DNA of 57,480 nt from Octopus bimaculoides. Its lineage: Eukaryota. Shown one piece after another: positions 1 to 13,299 of this stretch; positions within the stretch are counted from its first letter, which is position 1; every line of letters starts with the position of its first letter. Below the pieces are notes generated by a model, which searched no databases, had not been told where the DNA came from, and was given only the letters and a program-made list of their open reading frames with translations. The position numbers and the translations under genes were made by a program. The stretch is from the NCBI RefSeq assembly GCF_001194135.2, contig NC_068989.1, forward strand, positions 45,728,884 through 45,786,363, written 5' to 3'.

Positions 1-58
<58 letters not shown>

Positions 59-169
59 AAGTATATAATACGTACACGCATACACGTACATGCGCACACA
101 CGCACACACATACACACACATATATATATATACACATATACTATATGTATATATATGTGTGTTTGTACG

Positions 170-201
<32 letters not shown>

Positions 202-1254
202 AAAAGAGAGGGAATGAGTGAGAAAGTGAAAGAGAGACGGGAGATATAGATAATAAATAGACAGACTCGGATACATTCAGACTGATAGACAGAGAGACAG
301 ATAAATGTATCTGTATATTTGTACGTCCTTCTAAGAGTACATCGACGACGTACACTAATATGCAGGTACGTATGTGCATACGTATATCCATACATAAGCA
401 ATCACACTCACACATATAGCGATCAACATCCACATTACACACTATCAATCGGATACAAACATCCATTCCAACACCGACACCATACGTGCATATACACACT
501 CACTTATATATATATATATATATATNNNNNNNNNNNNNNNNNNNNNNNNNNNNNNNNNNNNNNNNNNNNNNNNNNNNNNNNNNNNNNNNNNNNNNNNNNN
601 NNNNNNNNNNNNNNNNNNNNNNNNNNNNNNNNNNNNNNNNNNNNNNNNNNNNNNNNNNNNNNNNNNNNNNNNNNNNNNNNNNNNNNNNNNNNNNNNNTAT
701 ATATATGTACACTATACACAATAAGATTTACAGATTATGTATGTATTGTGCATGCCTGTATATATATCTTCGCTTATGTATATTTGTGTACAACAGAGTT
801 GTGTTTGTTTCTGGACTGAGTGAGTGCTTTTGAATGACAACCTCTGAGGAAGAAACTAAAGCGGATAAAGAGAACAAAATTCAGAGAATCGTCATGAGTA
901 GAATTTCTTAAAGAAATATCCAGACTTAGAGAAAACACGCCTGACACATATGGTAAAGGCAGGGTCACTCATAGCGAATTGAAAAACTTCGGGTTACTGA
1001 TATTATCGAAACAATTAGTGGAGGACAACCTCCGGGGCGTCGAAATCAAAAGGAATAGGAAGCAAGATAACACCAATAAGTTCAAATAACTGCAATATTG
1101 GGACAATATAGATGATGCTGATTGGAGGGTACCTGGTCTTTAAATCCAAATAGTAGAAGCTACGGTCATGTTTCGGTTTAGGTTGACCTATCTGTAATCG
1201 ATTATCAATAGAGAGATGATAGAAGAGGGGATGAGAGAAGAGGGGATGAGGAGG

Positions 1255-1441
1255 AGAGAGGTAATGAGAGAGAGAGAGAGAGGTAATGAGAGAGAGAAAG
1301 AGAGGTAATGAGAGAGAGAGAGGTAATGAGAGAGAGAGGTAATGAGAGAGAGAGAGGTAATGAGAGAGAGAGAGGTAATGAGAGAGAGAAAGAGAGGTAA
1401 TGAGAGAGAGAGAGAGGTAATGAGAGAGAGAAAGAGAGGTA
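1255..1441 (+). repeat. GA-rich minisatellite, unit GAGAGGTAAT(GA)n, about 9 copies
   Basis: ggtaat recurs every ~15-24 bp, separated by variable (GA)n. Confidence 0.9.
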
Positions 1442-3524
1442 TAATTATCATTGGTATATTAATGTCCTCATAAATTTGGATGTGTATATATGTGTGCGAG
1501 TGTGCGTGTGTATGTGTGTATGTGTGTGTGTACATTATCCGGGGTGACATCTTACTGGTTCTCAATTATGTTCCAGATGACGGCTAACCGCATCGATTCC
1601 TATTTAACGTCTACGACTTCTGTTTGTTTCCCCCACTCTGTAAATTCCCTCTCATGGGTAATTCTGTGTTCGCTTCTCTGAATTGTAATATTATTTGAAG
1701 TGTATATTAGCAATAATTATAGTGATATGGAATATGGAGACTTGTTCATCCTCAAAATTTATTTCTTTTTATTTTACAATGCCATACAGCATATTTTCTA
1801 TTGTTATTAGACCTACACCCGTTTCTACTGCATAGAGTATTGCAGTTGCACATGCAAGCGGGCATAATTTCCTGTGCAACTTCGTTCAGAGTCTTACCAC
1901 CAGCTAATCTGGAAGCGAACTGAATACAGTTAATTGTTTGTTGGTTAGGTTCCGTAACCTGGAGCATAACTAAGATCCACCACGGTATCCGCTCGGCTAA
2001 TATATCCCTGTAAACTCATATTAAGAATACTTCTCGAATTTCATTGGGCGGCTATGGTAGAATACTATAAAATATGGAGAGAATTAACATGGACACATCT
2101 CGAAAAGACATCCCGTTATGAACACCCAAACAAGAGTTCATAAAGGTTCTCATCGATAAAATCAATTTATTTATACATCACATGAGGTGGCGAGCATACT
2201 ATCACGACCGGGAAGAAGAAATGATTATCAACAAGAACGATGAGCAAATACAGCCTATATTCGAATCACGGAAATACCCAGCATCAAACCCACAACTTGC
2301 CGGATTCGAAGACCATCTTTTGAGTATAGTTAAAAACATCAAATTACACAAATTCTCCTTGAGGAAGAACAAGCACTTTAGAAAACTGCACAAACTAGTG
2401 AAAGAACAACAGAAGAAAGAAGGGATTCTCATACATGCAGATTAAAAACTGGTAACTTGTACCATTTAAAATGCTCTTTATACCACACACTACACAAAAA
2501 TAAATACTGAAATACTATAAAGTAACTCATGCCAACTACTTAACTAATCATAATTTACAGGCTAAGAAGATTATGGAGAAATATAGATTAGAAGAAAAAA
2601 ACTAAACCATATCAGCCTAGAACCCCCAGAATTAGCCTCAAAAAGCACAAGCTAAACATCACCACTAACCCTTCTGTAAGACTAATATGCCCCTCGCAAT
2701 CAGACCAAGGTAGAATAAGCAAACACATCATAGATAAATATATACCAGCAGTTAGTAACATTATAAAACTTAACCGTTGGTTTAGTTCATACGCGATAAT
2801 AGGTTGGTTTAACCAAATCAACGGGAAAAAAAGCAAATGAAATTCATCCAAATAGATATATAAAGTTACTATGCCTCTATTAGCCTCATCCTCCTCAACA
2901 AAGCACTTATTTTCGCCATGAAAAATTGAGCTATCTAGGAATGAAGTGGATGTAGTACTAGCCGACCGAAAGTTTATTACAGAATTCGAAAGGATATACA
3001 AGGTGAGAAAAGATATGTTTGATATAGCTATGAGATCAAACGACTCCGCTGAGGTAACCGATCTAGTAGGGATTTCTATTTTATCCTGCTTTAATAAAGA
3101 ATTTCCAGGATGCTTATTCAGAGATGACGCTTTATCACCCTCCATATCCCTTCCAAGATCGCGATAGAGATATACAGGAAAAATTAATCAAAGTCTTCAA
3201 AAGCATAGGGCAGTCAACTTCTTAGATGTTCTGCTAGATCTAAGTACCGGCCTATTCAAACTACGCCATAAACCTAATAATAACTTTAAATACATAAAGT
3301 ACAATAGCAATCACTCCAAATACATAACCCAGTCTATTGTCAGAAACGTATTCAGCCGCATATCCAGACCGTCAGCTAACCAGGAGGTATTTAAACTAAA
3401 TGAGAATTACGGTAACAAAGAAGCAGGAAACAAAAAATTAAATTAGTGTATTACCAAATAGATAAAAAAAAAGATAAATATAAGATAATCCGTAGGATAG
3501 CAAATTACACTCTCCAAAATAACC

Positions 3525-3683
3525 ATAGTGACTGTGTGGTAAGTAGCTTGCTTACCAACCACATGGTTCCGGGTTCAGTCCCACTGCGTGGCATCTTGGG
3601 CAAGTGTCTTCTGCTATAACCTTGGGCCGACCAAAGCCTTGTGAGTGGATTTGGTAGACGGAAACTGAAAGAAGCTCGTCGTA

Positions 3684-3740
<57 letters not shown>

Positions 3741-3950
3741 TTGTGTGTCTGTGTTTGTCCCCCTAGCATTGCTTGACAACCGATGCTGGTGTGTTTATGT
3801 CACCGTCACTTAGCGGTTCGGCAAAACAGACCGATAGAATAAGTACTAGGCTTACAAAGAATAAGTCCCGGGGTCGATTTGCTCGACTAAAGGTGGTGCT
3901 CCAGCATGGCCACAGTCAAATGACTGAAACAAGAACAAGAGTAAAAGAGT
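3525..3950 (+). mobile_element. tRNA-derived SINE type A (octopus-type, internal microsatellite), near full length
   Basis: tRNA-like head with GGTTCAGTCCC B-box-like motif, internal (TA)n(TG)n, conserved 3' half ending tgactgaaacaag..gtaaaagag; possible aataac TSD. Confidence 0.9.
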
Positions 3951-4349
3951 AATAACAACCAGATAAACCCCCATAAAAGGATGGAGAAAACAATAAAAAA
4001 TGGACGAATATAGAGAATATAACCACAAAAATGCATTTCGGTTGGTAGTAAAAAAGATACAAAGACGAGGGAATATCGGGTTCAAAGACCCAGTAGAAAT
4101 AACGGCAGAAGTCATAGTTTGCTGAACCTTAGAAGTGAAGTAAACTACTCTAGATGTACACATACACAAAATACAAAAAAAAGAAATGCAATAGCAAGAG
4201 CTCCACATCCCTGGACATCCACCACAGAGAAAAGGAATTAACAACCTTTTAATTCTAAGGTCTTACAGCTTTCTATAGTCCAAGATATCGTGATCCTTTG
4301 TAGCTTACGAACTAAGAATGTGCACTCTCTCCCCAGGGTTCTATGTCTG

Positions 4350-4545
4350 TCTGTCATTGTTCATATTTATTTCAAGATGTCTTGCTAACAGAGAAAGAGC
4401 GGGTGTCTAACATAGATCCAAGGCTCCTCGCTGGAATTTCAGCACCAGCAGCAGAGTATTTTTATTTGTATGTCATTGTTCAGTTTTATTTCAAGATTTC
4501 TTACCACAGAGAATGAGCCGGTTTCTCACCTAGATTCAAGGCTCT
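4350..4545 (+). repeat. Diverged tandem duplication of a ~75-bp block, ~120-bp period
   Basis: gtcattgttcatatttatttcaagatgtcttgctaacagagaaagagcgggtgtctaacatagatccaaggct versus gtcattgttcagttttatttcaagatttcttaccacagagaatgagccggtttctcacctagattcaaggct. Confidence 0.8.
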
Positions 4546-6002
4546 AGGATATTTTTGCTTGTATGTATGTATGTATGTATGTATGTATGTATGTATATGT
4601 CCAGATTTGTATGTTTTGTTTAGTGTGTGTATTCTCATGCATATAGTTGCATATCTAGACATATTCATATATATATTTACATGATAAACTTCTGGAAAGT
4701 TTTACATACTTTTACAGTTCCAGTGATGGATTGGATCTGTAGTTTTCGAATTAGGTTTGTCCATTCTGACGTTGAGTTGCGTAATTTCCCAAGATTGGTA
4801 TGTATGTATGTATGTATGTATGTATGTATGTATACATGCAACAGTTGACGCTACTTGGTCAAAAATACAATCCTTAAAGTATGACAAAAGTTAGTGCGGT
4901 TCATAGCCTGATTGTGCCTATATAATTATGTGTGTATGTTTTTGTATATATGTGTGTTTGTGTGTGTATTTGTATGGAAAGGCAAGTTGTTTGCATCTGT
5001 GTTTACAGAGAGCGCTGGTTGAAAATTTCTAGCTATGTTCTGTAGTAAAGAATATAATAATATAAAGATGTAAGCAACTTTAAAATGAATACTCCGGCAG
5101 CCGATAAAATATCAGCGATTCACCTGCCTTAAACATACATTTTATTGTCGTCACCTCTATTATCATCGAACTTAAATAGAAAATACAAAGAAAACACCAT
5201 CGTAGAAAAGAAAACGAAGCCATCCATTCAATCATAAATATAACTGAATGGTTATCTTCTCTTTTTCTCTTATAAGGTAGTAGTCTCTTCGCATTCTGTA
5301 TTTTAGTTTAGTAACAATAGATAAAGGATGTCAATGAGACGTATTTTCAAGGCAGGTGAATTTCTGACAGTTATCGATAGCCAAAGTATTAGTTTTAGAG
5401 ATCTTTATATCTAATCTCACCTGACTCCATACCAGTTGTACTGTTTTCTCTTTCACTGTTATATATCAAATATCGATCATATAAATTACCAATGAGCTTC
5501 AGACTATTTTATAATTCCTTTTACTTGATATCTGATAATACATATGTTTACCTATCCGGCTACTTATATAAGATTCGTAAAATAAAAATGTATCCGAGGA
5601 GAGGTGTTTGTCCTCAAGTTTAAGGTAGCAACATTTTATCATATATATTTATGTGCATATGTGTATGTATGTATTTGTGAGTGCGTGTATGTGTGTGTGT
5701 ATTTGTGTGTACGTGTGTGTGTGTGAACGCGTCTGTTTCGAAGAAATACATTTTTCTCTTCGTATCTCAAATGTTTCGTTTGCTGCAATGTCGGAGAACA
5801 AACGAAAATACGAATGGCTTGTATCCAGAAACCGTTGCCATTTTTTTCCTTTAATCAACAAATCTATCTGAATGGAGAAAGGCAGAGTTGAGCTACGGAC
5901 GATTTGAAACCAGTCCGTAAACAGCTGGAGCTAAATACCACGAGTTATTTAGTTTTGTTTGCCCTCTGATCATTATCGAATTCCAACGTCCTATAATTTA
6001 TT

Positions 6003-6190
6003 GTTTCCAAACTTTTGGCTCAATGCCAGTAATCTTGGGGGAGGAGTAGTTCGATTACATCGATCTTATTTTTCGACTGGAACTTATTTTATCGACCCCG
6101 GGTGGATGAAAGGCAAAGTTGACTTCAGTGGAATTTGAACTCAGAACATAATTTTGCCCGGCGTGCTAACGATACTTCCAACTCACCACC
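6003..6190 (-). mobile_element. SINE type B (GGCGAGCTGGCAGAATCGTTAGC family)
   Basis: Matches other copies in the window (28004, 37608, 55979): ctgagttcaaattcc..gtcaactttgcctttcatcc..ggggtcgataaaataag. Confidence 0.85.
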
Positions 6191-6439
6191 TAAACGCCCT
6201 ATAGGACATTACTTGCGTACATGTGTTTGTGTGTGTTTGTGTAATTGTACATGTGTGTATATATTTATATGTTTATAGAAGTAAATGTTAGGATAAGCAA
6301 GTTAGGCAGGTCAATATACCCGCTCAAATTTAAACCTCTTAGGGAGAATTGATTCTCATTTATGAAATATATATATATATATATATATGTATATTAATCA
6401 GTTTCAGCATAAAGCTGTGGCCATGCTAGAGCACTGCCG

Positions 6440-6805
6440 CTTTGCTAAACTGCTATTATTGAGAGCCTCCTCCAATTTGTAGCATTTGGTGAATACGGGA
6501 GTTTGATGTTAATGTCCTTCCTCATTTGCACCTCCTCCTCCTCCTCCTCTTCTGAGGTAGGTTCATCTGAGATTCTCGATAGGAAGAGATCCAGTTTTGT
6601 TTTGAAAGTACCTACATGCACTTTCTGTAGGTCTCTCAGGCTCTTTGGAAGAATATTAAAAAGTTGTGAGCCCTTCAAATCAAGACGGTTGCAGTAACTG
6701 ATCCTGAAGCGCGATGGCATTGTTGGCAGCTTTGGCACTGTGCAATGGCGATCCGTTTTGGCATTTGTGTAACTTTCAATGCTACAATTTGGCACAATCC
6801 CTTCC
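6440..6805 (-). mobile_element. CR1/L2-like LINE 3' end
   Basis: RHCTVPKLP..FRISYCNRLDLKGSQLFNILPKSLRDL..FKTKLDLFLSRISDEP is a typical C-terminus of CR1-group ORF2. Confidence 0.8.
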
Positions 6806-7866
6806 CACCTTCGCTCGGTATATTTTGTTTTATGAGTTCAATAAAAACAACGCAACGGAAAGTGCGAGGAATATTAATGCAGTATATGGGGATCGGACAA
6901 TAAGCGTAAACCAGTGTGAACAGTGGTTCCAGAAATTTCGAGCCGGAAACTGTAGCCTAGAAGACGAGCCTCGTCCTCGAAGATCTGTAGAGTTCGACGA
7001 GGACATCCTGAAAACCCTGGTAGACCAAAATCCCATCGTAACTGTTGAGGAACTAGCAGAGAAGCTTGGATTTGGCCTTTCAGCCATTCATCGACATATG
7101 CGTGCCATCGGAAAAATCAGGAAATTGGCTCAATGGTGTCCTTACAAATTTTCCGAGTCTAATCGCCCGCAGAGAGTGAATGTCTGTTCACACGAATAAA
7201 CCATTTTTGGACCGAATATTGACTGTTGACGAGAAATGGCTTCTCTCTAAAAATGTCAAGTGCCGAAAACAGCGGGTAGGGAAAGGAGAAACACCGGCTC
7301 CTTCAAACTAAAGAAGGTCTTCACCCACGTAAAGTGTTTGATGGGATATGAAAGGTTTAGTCCACTTTGAACTTTTAAACTCGAATCAAACGATAACAAA
7401 GGAGATCTACTGCGAGCAGCTTGAGCGGCTTAAGTCAGCGCTAGAAGCAAAACGAGCATGTTTGGTTTCATGACGAAAGGTGTTCTTCTCTTAGGATAAT
7501 GCTCGGACACATACAGTGAGTGTGAAATTCCAAAGGCTGGAACAGTTAAATGGTAAACGATGCCCCACCCACCGTATTAGCCGGATATTGTCCAATCTGA
7601 TAATCATTTATTTAGCAGTCTTCAAAACCAGTTGGACAGAAAAAATATGGATTCTGTAGACGAGGTCAGAACAGTATTGGAGGAATATTTTTCGTTACGG
7701 ACTAGTGAATTTTGGAAGAAGGGCCTTGCATGTCTACCAGATAGATGGAAGAGCATTATAGAAAATGAAGGAGAGTATATTTTAGATTTAAAAAGAACAT
7801 TTTTATCTTAATTTTGAAAAATAAAAGAAGTATAAAAGAACCGTATTATTTATGGGATGACATGTA
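6806..7866 (+). mobile_element. Mariner transposon relic, 5' end missing
   Basis: YILFYEFNK..LEDEPRPRRS..KLAQWCPYKFS (WVPHEL-like), ILTVDEKW, DNARTHT, HPPY*PDIVQSDNHLF (YSPDLAPSD), DRWKSIIENEGEYILD*; several stops and frameshifts; 3' TIR-like ttatttatgggatgac then TA. Confidence 0.95.
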
Positions 7867-7964
7867 GGGTTGAGTCAGCCAGAATTCTATGGACACGAGG
7901 CACAGGTACTCTGCTAGAGCATGTATCTTTTAAGGGAAAAAATGATAGTTTTCTTTTATACATT

Positions 7965-8432
7965 TATCTAATACTTGTTTCATTAGAATGCGGCCATGTT
8001 AGTGCACCGCCTTGAATTTTTCTTTTTTTTTTAGTCGAATGAATCGACCGCAGTACTTATTTTTATCTTAAAATCCTGTTACTTATTCTATTGGTCACTT
8101 GTGCTGAACCGCTAAGTTACGGAGACGCAAACACACCAATACCGGTTTTCAAGCGGTGAGCAAGTGGGGAGACCAAAAAAAAGTAAGACACACATGCATA
8201 GATATTTACATACATACATACACATATATGTGTGTGTGTGTGTGTGTGTGTGTAAATATGAATATACACAATAGGCTTCTTTCAGTTTCCATCTACCAAA
8301 TCCGCTCACAAGGCTGTGGTTGATCCGAGGCTATAGTAGAAGATACTTACCCAAGGTGCCACCCAGTCGGATTGAACCCGGAACCATGTGGTTGAGAAGC
8401 AAGCTTCTAGCCTCACAACTACGCATGCACCT
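7965..8432 (-). mobile_element. SINE type A, full length
   Basis: Reverse complement matches 3525-3950, including head, internal microsatellite and tail. Confidence 0.9.
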
Positions 8433-9554
8433 ATCTACATAACTTGAATAAATTATGTGATGAAGATAAATTCATTATTGGCCAATCATTTACAATTTTC
8501 TATTTTCCCGCTGCATAGGGAAGGCAATTTCCGGCATGTTTGACTCTAATGCTGAGCTCATCAAAGAAACCATCAAATCTCAAGTTTTTGATTAGGTTGT
8601 GGAACCAAATATATCTCCCACCAGACCATTCTCAAGATAGACGATTTCCGACCGCACATAGCATAATCCAACCATAAGAAAATAATTTACTGCTTTAGAT
8701 ATTACTGAATGACAATCTAAATGGCATAGTAGTCGTAGTTTGTCTGGAATATTATCGCTTTTCAGTAGTACATACTTTTGATACCTAATTATACAATCAG
8801 TATTTATCCATTGTATTTAGGTTTCAACATTTATTCTGCAATATTATTATTTAATATCTCGTTTGAAATATCAATTGGCTGAATCTCGTAAGTAGTAGCC
8901 ATAAATAGATTTCGTAATTCCGGTTTAGTTCACCAACAATTTATCATAATGCGGCAAACACAAAACTTATAAGTTTTATTAATCAATATAAAAAAAAAGA
9001 GTTTTCTGATTTTTTTTCATGAAGTGCAAAGACATTTCTCTACACATCGTTGAACCAAGTGGTTGACTGAATAAAACAATTATCCATATGTGTACATACA
9101 TGTATGTGCACATACATGTATACAAATATATACATACATATATATNNNNNNNNNNNNNNNNNNNNNNNNNNNNNNNNNNNNNNNNNNNNNNNNNNNNNNN
9201 NNNNNNNNNNNNNNNNNNNNNNNNNNNNNNNNNNNNNNNNNNNNNNNNNNNNNNNNNNNNNNNNNNNNNNNNNNNNNNNNNNNNNNNNNNNNNNNNNNNN
9301 NNNNNNNNNNNNNNNNNNNNNNNNNNNNNNNNNNNNNNTATATATATATGTATATACATACATATATATGTGTGTGTGTGTATGCGTATCTATACACTCA
9401 CAGACACACACATATGTGTGTGCTTATATATACGTATATATATATATATATACATATAAACACATATAAACGTCTAGATTTCTCTTTCTCTCTCTCCAAA
9501 CATACATACATACACACATACATACATATGCACACACATATATATATATGCGTG

Positions 9555-9585
<31 letters not shown>

Positions 9586-9799
9586 GTGTGTGTGTATGTA
9601 GCCACACATAAGAGTTTTATTTGCTGCATTTTAAATATTTTTATTTGTTTCAGTGGACATTGAACAATGAATGCTAAATTCGTCTTCGGTTTAAACTTCT
9701 AGAGTTTATGCCGCAAAATGGTCGAAATAAGATAAATATTCCAAGTTAAGTTATTTATTTTAAATACAAGTGTTTTCTTTTTTTTTGTTTTTTTTTTTT

Positions 9800-10640
9800 T
9801 GCTTTTCTGTAATGACATGCAGGGAGTAATGGGTCGTTCCATACAGCATCCGGTGATGCATCTGGGCATTTCCTCAGTAACGTTTCCTGAAACGACTGGC
9901 TGTTTCGGTAGGTACTCTCATGCTAGCGTCTCATTTCAGCCCAATCACGCCTCAGCTTATGTCTAATTGGCCCTAACCTGAGTAGCACTACACATTTAAG
10001 AGTTCACACCTTTTCATTCATAGCCACCTTGAAGCAGCGTAAGCTACCTCCATAAGCAGCTTATTGACCTTCTGCCATCTGGTTTGTGTTCTGTCCAGCA
10101 TTTTGTAGGTTTTTTCAGAAACAATGGCCTTCAAACCCTCTGTATCCGATGTCAGTAGGATCATTCCGTGCTTGTCACTGTGTCAGCACAACTCCACAAA
10201 CTCCTCTTTTTTTCTCTTATTTGCCTCTTTAATATGATTCTCCCAGGAGCAGAGAGTTCTGACAGAACCAATGTTTAGATGCCTCCAAGATCAGCTGCAT
10301 GTCTGTTCTTAGCGATATTCAGGTGATTGTATCTGACAACAACAGATACTTTCCCGGTCGACTATAATATTGCATTAGTATCCTTCACAAGGACGATATT
10401 CTCCTTCGTTTGGCGTAAGAGCCAGTAAGGAATAATCCCGCTACTATGACCTTCAGGAACCACTCATGCCTCTAACGGTAGTGCTCCTCTCACAGGTAAT
10501 TTGGACAGCTACAGAGCATGTACTTAGTAGCTGTTATGTGTCGGTGCTAAGCTGCTGATTTCACCTTCTCCAGCAGGACACCACATTGGATGGTATCGGT
10601 AGGATGTCATAAACTGCCTGCCTTAGAAATTCTATCCAGT
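9800..10640 (-). mobile_element. Highly decayed LINE fragment (probable RTE endonuclease-linker region)
   Basis: Only weak motif remnants; no ORF. Confidence 0.3.
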
Positions 10641-11419
10641 GAAACTCTTTTAGCAGGATATTACTAGAAAAAGTTAATGATATTTTGTTAAAAAAAAGAA
10701 TATTTTTTTAATAGTTAATAACTTAAATTTTTTTTTGTTTCTTTTATTTGTATCAAGTAATTTTTACAAAAGCTTTTAAATATTTAAGCAACTGATACAT
10801 GACCAGGATGGAAACTAACATTTCGAAATAAGCTTAAGTGAAGGCATTTTAGTGGAAATTTCCCAAAACAACTGACGATCCTCAAAAACAAATGTGACTC
10901 ATATTAGAATTTCGAGAAATGGAGGCCTTGATTTACACAGAAAAATTAATTTTGTTCACATTAAAACACCCTACAAACAATGCAGAAATAATTCCGAATA
11001 CGACTTCTGTTGCACCAACAATAGAACATTCCAATACACAGGATATTTCTAAGGAATGCAATGAAATACGTTAGGAGAATAAAGCATTGAATGAAAGGAA
11101 CCAAATGAAGAAAGTATGGAATAGTCTATCGAATCAAAGGAAACAAATATATTGGAGGGCAATTAGCATTTTTGCCTTCAAGGCAGTAAACGACAGATAC
11201 CAATAGACGACTGGTAGGAGTAAATATGTTCCTTCAAAACCAGAAACATCTCACAAAAGTTGATAAATCATGCCATAACCAATGCAAGAGGAAATCCGGA
11301 TCATTAGAAACGATTGTACTTGTGATATTTGCTTGTAAATTGCGTATAACCACCTTAATAATATATACACTGGGCACACGAAATAGCTTTTATGTGCACT
11401 TCCCAGGGGTATGGTTCGA

Positions 11420-11910
11420 ATTCTCCGTGTAAGTACAATTCTGTTGTTCCCGAATTCTTTAACACTATTAGCAATCACGTTCCTCCACAAATCACTAAAT
11501 GATACAAGATCTTCCCAGATATTAGTATAAATATTAATAGTTTTAAGTGCCTTTGAGACTAATTTTGAAACCTTTGTGGGGCTTGGAATGCAGATATTTT
11601 CCTTGCCTCAGCTCACATTACAGCACCTATTTTGGCATAAAGATCTCATTTAAACCGACGAGATATCCAAGCCATTTAACCTGCTGTTTCATAATTATGG
11701 ACACAATCCTACGCATTTTCACTAGCTCCAGTACTCTCGCATCAGGCACCCGAGAGTGCCATGAGATGTTACGCAAGCATCACTGGTGACGTCGTTCGAG
11801 ATGTTGGATGTGCCTACGGTAGGTTGTCCAGGTCTCGCATCCGTACAACAGCGTAGTTAAGACACCTGTTTCATAGACCCCCAACTTTCGTTGCTGCTTT
11901 GATGTCTGAT
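11420..11910 (-). mobile_element. RTE-clade LINE RT C-terminal fragment
   Basis: KLGVYETGVLTTLLYGCETWTTYRRHIQHLERRHQ*CLRNI..WHSRVPD..KWLGYL. Confidence 0.9.
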
Positions 11911-11959
11911 GGTGACCAGAGTCTTGATTCAAGCTTTTCAAGGGTATTACTGGTCTTAG

Positions 11960-12920
11960 AAGGTCTGTAATGGATCTCATAGTTAAATCTATTAAATCTT
12001 GATAGCAAGGAAGACAAACGTATCTACGACTTTTGATTTGTAATGATCCAGTAGCTTGAAATGCCATTTTTAAATGGTTTCAGTGACGTCGGCGACCGTA
12101 TTGGTAATGCATTATCGTGAAACAAATAACACTTAATTTGATAATAGGCCTCGACACTTGGTACAAAATGCTGTTTTCGGTTCGTTGGCCAGAATTTCAC
12201 TGTAGCCTACATGGGTGACTGTAAACTCTTTTCCCATGGAATGTTAGAGTATAGGGCTTTTGCCTCATAAAAAAAAATTATTACTTTTTCTGCAGAAAAT
12301 TGAGGCGACGACTTCTTTCTTGCTAGCGAGTCCAGGTGTTTTTACTCCATTCTCCGCCTTTCGGATTCTAGCTCAAAGTGATGGATCCGGGTCTCCTTTC
12401 CTATGAGTATGCTTTGCCTTCATCATTGTAGCGGTCGAATAAGCGTTGACAGACCCCATCTTTAGTAAGATGGCATTCCAAAGCGCTTGTGCGCTTTGGT
12501 AAGCCATCTTGCATTGACTTTACTGAAGCGAAGCTTGTCGTAGATGATTTCGTATGTAGAACCATGACTACTTGGCAGACAACATACTATCTCATTGATG
12601 GTCAATCATCAGTTCACCAGATCCACCTCTCGAGCTTGTTGAATCTTCACGTTAGTGGTGCAAGTTGATAAGCGTCCTGCTCCCTCTTCGAGCTTTACGC
12701 TTCTCTTAATCTACTCATAATCATTTCTATGCGATATTGTACAGATAGCCTGCGATGAATTTCAGCCTTTAGTGCAACTTCAGGGCAGAGATATCGGATT
12801 ACAGATCTCTGCGCTTCCTTGGTGCATACCGCCAGCTGAGCGGCCATGTTTATATTTTCATACAAGAAAATGAGAACAAATAAAGTCAAACCTCGGTAAC
12901 ATAACTCCAATAATACCGCC
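11960..12920 (-). mobile_element. Decayed mariner transposase (second mariner family)
   Basis: MAAQLAVCTKEAQRSVIRYL..AEIHRRLSVQY, KVNARWL (WVP-like), GKETRIHHFELESE (DETW region), DNA(L)P and LPCYQDL (PPYSPDL-like). Confidence 0.8.
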
Positions 12921-13299
12921 TTTTAGCACGTGAAGATAGTGCGACTAACCTAAAGAAAGTTTTGGCGAAGGTGTGGATAATTTTTGACTTATCCTTTATA
13001 TCTCTTATTATCAGTCTGTCTGTTCTCTTGTTATCAATCTGTCTGTCTGTCTGTCAATCTGATTGCAGTCTGTCTATTTATGTATCTATTCTGCTGTCTA
13101 AACTGTTTATCTATTTTTCTGTATATACGTACATACATACATACATACATATATACATACATACATACATACATACACGCACATATGAACAATCTCCATG
13201 TTCTCTATGATATTGAGCAAATATGAACCAAAAACGTCACCATTTATTGGATACCAGAATTTAACATATTAAATATATTCAACTCGTCTAACCTATTCT

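Larger units (their letters stand above)
2060..4545 (+). mobile_element. Decayed Penelope-like retroelement (RT plus probable GIY-YIG remnant), interrupted by a SINE
   Basis: Frameshifted translation gives RKDIPL..KQEFIKVLIDKINLFIHHMRWRAYY, HADKTGNLY-like, PSVRLICPSQSDQGRISKHIIDK, FDIAMRSNDSAEVTDLVGISIL..LFRDDAL (PLE YRDDGL motif) and VNFLDVLLDLSTGLFKLRHKP..SNH. Region 3960-4330 weakly resembles the GIY-YIG KRNATELS segment. Confidence 0.85.

Noticed and set aside
1563-1592. cagatga-cgg-ctaa-ccg as a hammerhead
   Set aside because: No GAAA and no helix I pairing.
3525-3620. tRNA gene
   Set aside because: It is the tRNA-derived head of a multi-copy SINE, with no complete cloverleaf or terminator.
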